Source: a virus (lineage: Duplodnaviria; Caudoviricetes). Taken from it: a stretch of 64,000 bases of DNA. The notes beneath the pieces are model-generated. The model saw only the letters and a list, made by a program, of their open reading frames with translations. It was not told the origin of the DNA and ran no database searches. The DNA lies in the IMG/VR virus record IMGVR_UViG_3300008110_000042, positions 2,204-66,203 of that record; one strand, written 5' to 3'. A program made the translations under genes and the position numbers. This document shows, piece after piece, positions 35,901 to 43,993 of the stretch; positions within the stretch are counted from its first letter, which is position 1; each line of letters starts with the position of its first letter.

Positions 35901-37229
35901 AGCCAATGCACCAGTAACTGCGCTAGCATTAACAGCAGGAATATCTGTTGCAGTTAGTGCTCTCTCAGAGGCTGCTGTGATACGACCAGTACTGTCCACA
36001 GTTACCTGTGTTAGCACGGTAGTACTATCACCATAAGTACCTGCAACTCCTCCAACAGTTGGAAGATCTGCGGTAACTAGGCTGCGATGACCAATAGAAG
36101 TAATTCTTCCCTTAGTATCTACAGATGCGTATAGCATGTTATTGGCATTACTACCAGTGCTAGCACCAAAGGATGTGGTTGATCCCAAGCTGTTTGCTAC
36201 AGGAAGAGCATCCGAGGGCAGGACATAACCCTGACCAGACGCATTGGAAAGCTTTCCTAAAGAAAGACTGCTATTGGCGATTAGTGCAGCGGCTAGTGTA
36301 CCTGTTGTTAGGTTGCTGGCATTGCTAATCTGGCTAATAGTTGCAGCATCTGTAGCAGACACACCATTGGCTAGATTTGTTAGCTTAAGACCACCAGCAG
36401 TATAGTCTCCGGTAAATGTAGGAGGAGTGGTATCAATACCAGTTCTGTGCAATGTACCATTAACTATAGCATTGCGTAATGTTAATAAATTTGTAGCAAA
36501 TGTTTGAGCATAATAACTTAAATTACCATCAGAAATCTGAGTTCCATACTGCGTTAGAGCAGGAGAATTCATATCCTTAATGAAATTATTATTCATCTTA
36601 AAGTCAGCTTGACCAAGGAATGGACCATCTACGGCATTCTCGTCATACTTTAGAATAGCTTCATTACGGAATCGTGCAACAAGTTCCTGTACAATGTACT
36701 TTAACTGATCAAACTGCAGATTTAACTGTGTTGTAGTCAGGCGAGTACCGGGAGCAAAGGTAACAATGCTGTTGATTGATGGGGTTTTACGGCGAATGTA
36801 GACTTTATCTGCTTCTCTAACAGGAGGACCAGCTGTAGATCCTGCTTGTACAGTGGGAATTAATAAATCCTCTTCACTTTCTATAATGTAAGTTCTAGAA
36901 TTTGGGTAATATAATCCATTATCTTCAAAGGTAGGTATTGTACTAAGGTCTACAAATGTTAGTACCTTTGTTTGCTCATTGATTGTATACCAGTTTTTTG
37001 GGAAAATAAAAATCTGCCTACGATCAGCAATTGTAAAACCATACCCACCAAATTTAGTATCCGTTCCTGTATCAAAAATACGCTCTACTTCAATTTGATC
37101 AATAAGAGGAACATTAGGTAAAAAGCTTAGTGTACTTAAATCAAATGTACCTGCAGAAATTGATGGGTTATTATTCCCATCAAAGATCAGGGTTGTTGTA
37201 GCTATATTTAAATTATCATATGTTGTCAT
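32946..37229 (-). CDS. tail fibre protein
   Basis: gp17-like anchor motif IRRKTP..IVTF..G..LT..QL..Q; repeated DA.TK.YVD and TVD..GR.T units; G/T/S/A-rich. Confidence 0.85.
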   Translation of the reverse strand: MTTYDNLNIATTTLIFDGNNNPSISAGTFDLSTLSFLPNVPLIDQIEVERIFDTGTDTKFGGYGFTIADRRQIFIFPKNWYTINEQTKVLTFVDLSTIPTFEDNGLYYPNSRTYIIESEEDLLIPTVQAGSTAGPPVREADKVYIRRKTPSINSIVTFAPGTRLTTTQLNLQFDQLKYIVQELVARFRNEAILKYDENAVDGPFLGQADFKMNNNFIKDMNSPALTQYGTQISDGNLSYYAQTFATNLLTLRNAIVNGTLHRTGIDTTPPTFTGDYTAGGLKLTNLANGVSATDAATISQISNASNLTTGTLAAALIANSSLSLGKLSNASGQGYVLPSDALPVANSLGSTTSFGASTGSNANNMLYASVDTKGRITSIGHRSLVTADLPTVGGVAGTYGDSTTVLTQVTVDSTGRITAASERALTATDIPAVNASAVTGALAASNLPSGVITTGLGVTSIPNSITVDTYGRVTSVSGGSITASNVSNFNTAVQANRLDQMTAPTAAVSLNNQKILLLGEPTLSTDAVTKNYVDTNYTLTSGLNTVIDNRLATNSVFLTGGVLSAGTKKISNVVDPTSAQDVVTRSYLEANALAISGGLINANSNPIINVTMRSGGSLAANDAVNYGYVQALTLYGQAVTDPQTFTNAWPTAGTIVNGNKPYEFSLATLAATTAEMLIVTDSEGRIYIPSTAVPAAAGRFFRLDTGVSPKKVIVYLDSAVTPSGSVFIRNFGTSRSVSASIAGAATLGLVQVPTAGGLLINSGTGDITLNTATASQLGGIKIGTGLSIASGIVSVTSVAGNSTLGQVMVAAVNTSGLNLDTGTGALSLPTASPTQLGGVKVNTSTGGLTNISGLIAVDLTDSTSSSSTTTVANSKAVNDLRGLTMLRDGTQAMTGKLTTATPSTNAGLNLPSGTTGSPVAGDVWNQSGTLKVRIDGSTTRDIAYTSSSITGNAATATALTPGATIAIAGAVTSAAQTFTGSSNLTFTTTLAAGQAVTAVTGAGANAITATRTGDSVALTLPQNIATNSAVQFGSATLGNITLATNTINTSTGGLILDSFGGTTTINDTTSIAGSLTVTGSNTTTLGGAVTLNDSLALGAAAAKVALGGTAAAATTSIERLGAAAGVSSIGDIILRTPASGKAYIVSNATNTTVTTANDAVITKGVLDTAISGISGFMPTNGAVSATPQTLGTSTANTFAIQTNNTDRLTIAGTGGTTIKNGLTVEANGVTITAGGLTTGTAGSTNGSSAIYGTLTVNGVISGVATPTVANHAATKGYVDTLKPTSTLVTAAITAQSQTINVNISSFTINTPTLLKVTLATGVDCRNSSVVITGTGTFLVTTGAFYGYGSSTTYTWDFDAANQSIPSAVAHSLIEAVALQTLGIAPATYSVGPFIGTAGSFTIAKLRNAGVATGTASRYAQLLITRLT

Positions 37230-37240
37230 ATGTGTCTCCG

Positions 37241-40200
37241 TTAAGTATCAATGGTTGTGTATTTCTGTTTGAACTTGCCCTTGAACTCCATATTTGTAAT
37301 GTTTACTGGAGTGGGGTATTCGCTAGAAATAGATATAGTAGTTGAGTCTGAATAACCCATAATCTTTGTGACAAACTCACCCTGTACTTGAAAGATTTCA
37401 AGTGGAAGAGTGTCTTCATAGGCTGTGTATTCAGGTCTAGTTGGAATATAGCTTGTAGTGAAAGCTGTTCTTCCTCTATGAGTAACTTCAATATCATATG
37501 GTCCCGTATAGTAGTGTCTAAAGACAGCACTACGGATATTTAGTACACCATCAATGATGTTGTTATTCTCATCTCTCACAAACAATGTACTAAGCTCTAC
37601 TCGCATCTTATACTTAATACCAATATACACATAATAATTCTGTACTGCATAATCTGCACCAAGGACTACAATTTCTGTGTATGGATTAGAACTACCATCT
37701 ACTTTGTTTGTTACAGAAATAGGTTGAATAGAAACATTACTTAGATCTTCTTCATTAATATTTCCATTGTTATTCCATCCTTTAAATAACACAATAAAAT
37801 ATTTGCTAGTATCTGTAATATCAGTATGACCGGGTAATCTGTATGTTGTACTTGCTGTGTATGGATCATACTTAGCATTATAGTTAGTTGGTTCACTATC
37901 CGAGTTAATAATCTTCATCTTAAACATACGATCAAGACGAGGAACATAAACATCTTCATTTAACATTAGATTTCTATATAAATAGTAAACGTAAGAAGAA
38001 CTATTTGCACTAACTAATCTTTTGCTAACAACATACATATGACTATCATAGCATTGAAGAGTTTCAATAGACTCTTCATCAGCTAACATATATCTATAGA
38101 AAGAGTTTTGAATAACTCTATCTCCACTGAATCTATTAATGTAACCGTAAATATGATTACGATTTTCATCATCAACAAACAATAATGTATCTTGTGCAGG
38201 AGCGGTAGCCGCTGCCCTGTACTGCCGTGGTAGATATCCAGCGGCTTGGCTAGATACTTCAGCAGCTGAGGCATAGCCCATCGTTCCTTTACCTGTAAAC
38301 AGGAATAGACGCTGTGAGTCAAAGAAGTACAAGCGAGATCCAATGAACTGTGGATCTAAAATAGGAGCAGTGCCATAGTATGTAACAGGGGCAACAGCCA
38401 CATTGGTTGGAGACATCTCTTGACCATTGGCAGACATCAATTGGAATTGGATGTTTGCTTTAGTATTAATAAACATATACTCTTCAAAGGGAGTCATACT
38501 TGTGATTTCACAGTAATTGTTTGAAGAGACACGAATATCAATAGGATCAGTAATTACAAGATTAGATGGATCATCATAGAATAGATTTTCATATTCTCCC
38601 ATCTGAGATGAGAAGATGACATCATCCGCAGCAAACCAAAGTCTATCTTTGAATACTGCAATGCTTGTAATTGGTACATGTCTTAATGACTTTCTATCGA
38701 CAGTCTTAAAGATACTTGGACCGGGGTTAGATCGCTTGTCACCACTAGTTCTAGCAGTCCATTTAATTGGTTCCATGTTCCATGAAGTTACATTGGAAGA
38801 ATCAATTGTTACCACAAGTTTTTGTGGCATTCTGCGGGGATCAATATAAGAATGCTCATCAGGTGTTCTTACCTTCTGTAGATAAGGGCGACCTGTGGTT
38901 GTAATTTCGGTTGTGTGGACTACACCACCAGTTGTGCCACTAGTTTTATAAATACCTTTAGTTGTATCTGAAGGACTATAATAAAACTTTTGATCAGTTG
39001 GATTCCAAGAGATAACTCTATAGAAACCAGAAGTTGAATTTAAATATGGATTAACCATAAAGAAAATCTTACCACGACCATCAATCTTACCATCTAAATC
39101 TGTATCAGGATCATACAATAGACGAAGCATTTGTCTTGCTTTGATGTCTGTGGTTGTAGTAAGCTTTGAGTTATTAGAGTACCAATCATCTGCCTCGGGT
39201 GGTAGCTTTACTTCTGAAAGATCATCTACCTTTTGACCAAGGTATTGTTGAGTTGACTCATAATAAAAGTAATCATCTACTGAAATATAATCGGCACCGG
39301 GAACTGCAATTGAATAAGTTGTTGTAGTATCAGGATGAGCACCGGGCCATGAAGCAACAGAAACTTCTCTTGTACTACCTACATAATCTGTAATAAGAAC
39401 AGCTGTTGAGCTTGCTCCAGTACCACTAGTTAGAGTAATATACATACCATTATATGTATCATCTACATCAACAGCTGTTGTTGCTAATTGAATTTTTGTA
39501 CTTGATCCAGATCGTGCTAAGCCTGTAACTACACCGGGTTTCCACCCAAGAAGAATATCATCAGCTGTCGCTGGCTTTGCATCATCTCCAGTATCATATA
39601 CTTTCATAACTTTAGATGCAGTATAGTAAGTAAGCTTACGACCTTCAATATCATCATTTGCTGTGACAACACCATTAAGATCAAATAACTTACCACCAGT
39701 AGCACCACTATCCGAACTAAAACCAGCTCGTACATTCTTATTTAGAATAACAATACTTGATCCTAAAGAAACAGCTTTAAGAGATTCTTTAGCTGTCTTG
39801 CTATTAGGGTTATGTGTAATGTATGCTCTAGTAACTGAACTTACTACACCACTTGCATTAGTCTGTGTGGCTGGGGTTAGATCTTCCCAAGATCCTGTGG
39901 GGTATACACGAAAGATATAGAACAATTTATCACTATCAGCTGTTGCATCAAAATCAACAACAACTAAAAAGGTATTATCTTCATTAATGCTATACCAATA
40001 GTACCACAGATCATGGTCTGGAGAAACAGCGGCTAATGAATATAAATCAAGACGAATTGAGTTTGATCCTATGTTCCATGATGAAGCCGTAGTTACAGTC
40101 TTCTGTGGAACAATCTCAAAGCCGGGACGCTTCTCAAAGTTTCGCTCTAGGGAGACTAGAGCATTGTCAATATTCTGTGCTTCATTAGGCTGGCGTCTAT

Positions 40201-40291
40201 TTGGAGACTGTCGCCCTACACTATTTAGGGAATAAATAGGAAGCTTAGTTGTAACTAAACCAGCCTGTGGTCCTCGTCTTCGTATAGCCAT
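37241..40291 (-). CDS. tail tubular protein B (gp12-like nozzle)
   Basis: GRQ...Q..N...EKRPG N-terminus; W..R..GD..SNP.PS; FKDRLWF; DPID. Confidence 0.9.
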   Translation of the reverse strand: MAIRRRGPQAGLVTTKLPIYSLNSVGRQSPNRRQPNEAQNIDNALVSLERNFEKRPGFEIVPQKTVTTASSWNIGSNSIRLDLYSLAAVSPDHDLWYYWYSINEDNTFLVVVDFDATADSDKLFYIFRVYPTGSWEDLTPATQTNASGVVSSVTRAYITHNPNSKTAKESLKAVSLGSSIVILNKNVRAGFSSDSGATGGKLFDLNGVVTANDDIEGRKLTYYTASKVMKVYDTGDDAKPATADDILLGWKPGVVTGLARSGSSTKIQLATTAVDVDDTYNGMYITLTSGTGASSTAVLITDYVGSTREVSVASWPGAHPDTTTTYSIAVPGADYISVDDYFYYESTQQYLGQKVDDLSEVKLPPEADDWYSNNSKLTTTTDIKARQMLRLLYDPDTDLDGKIDGRGKIFFMVNPYLNSTSGFYRVISWNPTDQKFYYSPSDTTKGIYKTSGTTGGVVHTTEITTTGRPYLQKVRTPDEHSYIDPRRMPQKLVVTIDSSNVTSWNMEPIKWTARTSGDKRSNPGPSIFKTVDRKSLRHVPITSIAVFKDRLWFAADDVIFSSQMGEYENLFYDDPSNLVITDPIDIRVSSNNYCEITSMTPFEEYMFINTKANIQFQLMSANGQEMSPTNVAVAPVTYYGTAPILDPQFIGSRLYFFDSQRLFLFTGKGTMGYASAAEVSSQAAGYLPRQYRAAATAPAQDTLLFVDDENRNHIYGYINRFSGDRVIQNSFYRYMLADEESIETLQCYDSHMYVVSKRLVSANSSSYVYYLYRNLMLNEDVYVPRLDRMFKMKIINSDSEPTNYNAKYDPYTASTTYRLPGHTDITDTSKYFIVLFKGWNNNGNINEEDLSNVSIQPISVTNKVDGSSNPYTEIVVLGADYAVQNYYVYIGIKYKMRVELSTLFVRDENNNIIDGVLNIRSAVFRHYYTGPYDIEVTHRGRTAFTTSYIPTRPEYTAYEDTLPLEIFQVQGEFVTKIMGYSDSTTISISSEYPTPVNITNMEFKGKFKQKYTTIDT

Positions 40292-40971
40292 TAAATTCCT
40301 CCGGTACGCCAGTACCTAAATCTGTTTGGATCACTAAAGTAACGAGAGCGCATTGCTGCATCTCTAAGAATACTTGAGGATGAAAAGATATTTTTCTTCT
40401 TGTCATTTACATCTGAGGCTTTGCCTTTGATACTATGGAGTTGTTCCTGATATCCTAGGAAAGCATCAGTTGCTTCGTCACCTTGGGTAATACTCTGGTA
40501 GTGGCGCATAGCTGTAGCAAGGATAGCTCGCTGTGCTGCGGTTTCCAGATTCTCCCAAGGAAGTTTCATTGTATATTCAATATAGTAAGGACCAGACTCA
40601 TACTTCCAGATATCTGTATTATCTGTAATATTCCAAAGTCTAGCAGGAGAAGAATTAAATAATCCTCTTGCTTTAATAATGGTCATGCCATCTGCAGCAA
40701 AATGATTTGAGACTAGCTCAAGTGCTAGAATACCTTCTTCATCACTGTCTGGTGTAGGAAATACAATTGTACTATTAGCGGTCAATTCATATTTCTTAAT
40801 AAATTTATTTGAAGCAAGACCTCTTAACTGATAGTCAAGACTAGTCTGCTCTAGGATTGTGTCGGCAATACCAGTATCAATACCCGACTCACCTTCTAGG
40901 TCGGCTACAAGGTTTTCACCTGAAGCCAACAGCATTTGGTTAATTGCTTGTAACTTAGTAATTAAGCCCAT
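40291..40971 (-). CDS. tail tubular protein A (gp11-like)
   Basis: TKLQAINQMLLASGE N-terminus; follows the capsid gene. Confidence 0.9.
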   Translation of the reverse strand: MGLITKLQAINQMLLASGENLVADLEGESGIDTGIADTILEQTSLDYQLRGLASNKFIKKYELTANSTIVFPTPDSDEEGILALELVSNHFAADGMTIIKARGLFNSSPARLWNITDNTDIWKYESGPYYIEYTMKLPWENLETAAQRAILATAMRHYQSITQGDEATDAFLGYQEQLHSIKGKASDVNDKKKNIFSSSSILRDAAMRSRYFSDPNRFRYWRTGGI

Positions 40972-40984
40972 ATAGCCTCCTTAG

Positions 40985-41025
40985 AAAAAAAACCACCCGG
41001 CTCCCACTTAAGGGAGCCGGGGGTA
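40985..41025 (-). terminator. T-phi-like terminator after the capsid gene
   Basis: CCCGGCTCCC-TTAAGT-GGGAGCCGGG-TGG-T8. Confidence 0.85.
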
Positions 41026-41096
41026 GATAATGATCACCTCCTCTTCAAGCTAGGTTAGTAAACAAACTAAACCCCTTTCAGAAGTGGATAAGATCA

Positions 41097-42353
41097 TTAG
41101 GCAGTTACAGCGTATTCTGCAGCGAAGCCAGAAGTACCAAAGATAGCAGCTAGTTCAGAACGGGTATCAATCTCAGCAGAAGTATCACCAGCAGCAACGT
41201 TGGTAGTACCAACGAGAAGCTGGCAAAGCTCTGGACGGAGGATACCAGTACCCTTTAGCATGCTTGCTACGGTAAACTGGGTGTTGCGACGAACATCCTG
41301 TACAGTATCAACCTTCATTCCCTGTAGGGATAGACCAGCAATTGCTTCTGGCTGGAAGATCATACCGAAGATGTTTACACTGTTGCAAACTAGGTTGTAC
41401 TTAGCCATACCGATTGAAGCACCAGTAAGGTCAACACGAGGAATGTGGTTGGTCTTAATGATCTTGACGCCCATGTAATCAAGGGTATCAGAGAGCATGT
41501 TCATACCAACTGAGATTGGCGCACCAGCACCGTACTCATCACTACCAGTGAAGAGTGGGTTATTTGCAAAGTTATTAGTAGCGGCAACTACGCCAGATGT
41601 ACCAACAACACCAGCATTTGTAACAGCAGTAAATGCTGAACGAGGAATACCAAGCGCACGAATGACTTGGAAAACCTTTGGAGTTACAGCGCAATAAACA
41701 TTCTGAACAGGGAAATCATTCTCTTGCATAAATACAAGATAGTTTTCGATTGCCTGTAGAATGTTAAGTGCAGCTGTTTCAGTGCAGCCACTAACAGCAA
41801 CACCAATAGCTGAAGTAGTAGTATCAACAACTACTGGAGCTGGGAAGTTTGCTACTGTAAGATTACGGGGATCTGAAGCAAGTGGAGCCACTACGCTAGC
41901 AGCAATGAGAGTAGAAACAATCTGACGGTCACGGGTGTTAGCGAGCTGTACACCAGTCTGACGAGCTAGTTCTGAGCGGTAATCCCACTGACTAATAAGC
42001 ATGTCGATGTTATCTGTCTCAAAGTGAGCAGCCATTGGACGAGCATCAAGGTTTACCTTGAAGGTGGTTGAAGTTGAAGCACCACCACCAAGCTCAATAC
42101 CAGCATTCCAAGATGGGTTTAAAGTGACAGTACCAGTAACTGGGAACTCATAAGAGTATCCGCCAGTAAGACTCTTGGTTGTGATTAGATTTTCAAATAC
42201 ATTGTACTGATCGTAAGTATTGATTACTTCACCAGACCAGAGTGGTAGCCAAAGCTTGTTAGCTCCTGCTGCTCCACCTGCTGTGGCTGCGCTTATTGAT
42301 GTACGCTGTAGTGCAAAATCGCTTGCTCCAATATTATCGCCTGAAATTGGCAT
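41097..42353 (-). CDS. major capsid protein
   Basis: LWLPLWSGEV, K.L.GG.SY.FP..G, DYRSELA.Q.G.QLA..RDR and G.GILRPE as in T7 gp10. Confidence 0.95.
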   Translation of the reverse strand: MPISGDNIGASDFALQRTSISAATAGGAAGANKLWLPLWSGEVINTYDQYNVFENLITTKSLTGGYSYEFPVTGTVTLNPSWNAGIELGGGASTSTTFKVNLDARPMAAHFETDNIDMLISQWDYRSELARQTGVQLANTRDRQIVSTLIAASVVAPLASDPRNLTVANFPAPVVVDTTTSAIGVAVSGCTETAALNILQAIENYLVFMQENDFPVQNVYCAVTPKVFQVIRALGIPRSAFTAVTNAGVVGTSGVVAATNNFANNPLFTGSDEYGAGAPISVGMNMLSDTLDYMGVKIIKTNHIPRVDLTGASIGMAKYNLVCNSVNIFGMIFQPEAIAGLSLQGMKVDTVQDVRRNTQFTVASMLKGTGILRPELCQLLVGTTNVAAGDTSAEIDTRSELAAIFGTSGFAAEYAVTA

Positions 42354-42529
42354 AGTATTAATTCCTTATATAAGTAGACTAAAAATTTGAGACAATAAAA
42401 TAAACTCAATCGTTCGATTATTCCTAAAGGAGTCTACTTGTTTGAGTGAGTCCAGCCAAGGGTCATCCATTACCTTTCGGGGGATTTACCCATAGGCTGT
42501 TCTCAGTCAATCCGTTGTCTCGGAACGGA

Positions 42530-43453
42530 TTATTTGGGTAGTTTTGTAAAGTCGGTTCGTAACATCCGTTGTTCAACATATTCGCGGAACTTTGGATTAA
42601 GTTCAAACCGTCTATCATTCCGCTCAAACATGAACTCTCGCTTAGTTTGGTAAGCGGTAATTCCTTGCTGAGTGCTTGCCATTGGAACTTGTCCTCTGGC
42701 TGTTTGTTTTGGTTCAGCAGCCTTGCTTGTTCCTGTAGCCTTGGCAAACTTTGCCTGTAGACCATAGAGAGCAACATCCCAAGAAGGTGATGCGAGGTTC
42801 TGATTAATTGCATTCTGTTCAGCTTGGGTAAGATTCTTACTTGCCCAATCAAACATTTTTGCTAGTTGATCCTTTCCACCAATAAGCTCAGCAGCCTTGC
42901 TATAAGCAATCTCTAGCTTTGCCTTTTGACCTATCATATATTCACTAATGATAGATTCGGGTAGATTAGTCTTCTTCTTAATCGTGTCTAGAGTTTCAGT
43001 AGATAGATTATTATTAGTAGCGAACTCAACAGTCCACTGCTTCCAATCATCTTCGGTAGCAACAGCTGGAGTTTCAGCTTTAACTTCTTCTACCTTCTTC
43101 TCTGGGATCTTCAGAACTTCTGGTACGACAGGAATCTCTTCCTTTGTTGGAGCAGCGTCCTGTTTGACTGGGTTTGCTGTAGTGGGATTCTGCTCGTACT
43201 TCTTCTTGAGATCTGCTACTTCCTGCCGTGACTTGGTGTATTCCTTTTGAGCAGTCTTAAGACTTTCAAACCAAGCTCCTGCGTCCTTAAAGTTTTCAGG
43301 AACAGCCATACCTTGGTTTCTTACATAAGCGTCAAAAGCAGCCTTCTCACGGGAGAGAATAGCATCCTCTGCTGTCGATGTAAGAGATTGTTCCTGTGAT
43401 ATTACTGGAGTCTCGGAAGATTGTTCCATCATATCGGGAGTCTCTTCATTCAT
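42530..43453 (-). CDS. capsid assembly scaffolding protein
   Basis: VPENFKD, IGGKDQL..M.DWA..NL, C-terminal D.RF...P.FR..VE. Confidence 0.9.
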   Translation of the reverse strand: MNEETPDMMEQSSETPVISQEQSLTSTAEDAILSREKAAFDAYVRNQGMAVPENFKDAGAWFESLKTAQKEYTKSRQEVADLKKKYEQNPTTANPVKQDAAPTKEEIPVVPEVLKIPEKKVEEVKAETPAVATEDDWKQWTVEFATNNNLSTETLDTIKKKTNLPESIISEYMIGQKAKLEIAYSKAAELIGGKDQLAKMFDWASKNLTQAEQNAINQNLASPSWDVALYGLQAKFAKATGTSKAAEPKQTARGQVPMASTQQGITAYQTKREFMFERNDRRFELNPKFREYVEQRMLRTDFTKLPK

Positions 43454-43481
43454 AGTGTGTATCTTTCGTTAGAGTTAAAAA

Positions 43482-43574
43482 TTAATAAGACTTCTTCTTA
43501 GCAGCCATCTTCTTAACAGCTGCCATCTTCTTTTCAGCAGCCTTCTTGACTGCCTTCTTCATTGGCTTCTTCAT
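43482..43574 (-). CDS. 30-aa Lys/Ala-rich histone-H1-like peptide
   Basis: Manual translation MKKPMKKAVKKAAEKKMAAVKKMAAKKKSY*; AAAGGA RBS; ATGA coupling. Confidence 0.65.
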   Translation of the reverse strand: MKKPMKKAVKKAAEKKMAAVKKMAAKKKSY

Positions 43575-43669
43575 TTCTTTCCTTTCTTTGGGTACATTAT
43601 TTTTTGTGCGTCTTTACCAGTGCATGTTGTGGTCTTTCCACAGTTACACTTATATGTTTTCTTTGCCAT
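43571..43669 (-). CDS. 32-aa basic Cys-containing peptide
   Basis: Manual translation MAKKTYKCNCGKTTTCTGKDAQKIMYPKKGKK*; TAATG coupling. Confidence 0.6.
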   Translation of the reverse strand: MAKKTYKCNCGKTTTCTGKDAQKIMYPKKGKK

Positions 43670-43989
43670 TATATAAATATCCTGTACGGAATTGCTGGAG
43701 ATGGATCGACCTGAGGAAGAGCATCTATCTGTTCTTCGGTTAATTCAAAGGTGACACGAATATTAGTATGCCAGCGTGTGTCTGTTGTGCTAGGGAGCGT
43801 AATGACCATATCCTCACCTTCGCCCTCAGTTATAGCTGGCTTTGTGATTGTACCGATGTGGTCAACATAAACACCTGAAACCGGAAGTTTAACTTCTTGT
43901 CCATCAATTGTGCGTACTTCAAGTAAAGCAGCATTAATCAAAGCTTGTTCCATTTGTTCTTTTGTATTTGCGCGGAGTAGGTAGTCCAT
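43669..43989 (-). CDS. fibre-associated small protein
   Basis: MDYLLRA...DHIG.I...WH.NIR...P..P.R.F pattern; directly after the fibre/spike gene. Confidence 0.65.
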   Translation of the reverse strand: MDYLLRANTKEQMEQALINAALLEVRTIDGQEVKLPVSGVYVDHIGTITKPAITEGEGEDMVITLPSTTDTRWHTNIRVTFELTEEQIDALPQVDPSPAIPYRIFI

Positions 43990-43993
43990 GTTT

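Noticed and set aside
41040-41130. T7 10B-like frameshift extension of the capsid
   Set aside because: No slippery sequence near the stop, tandem TAA TGA stops, and the terminator follows within about 70 nt.
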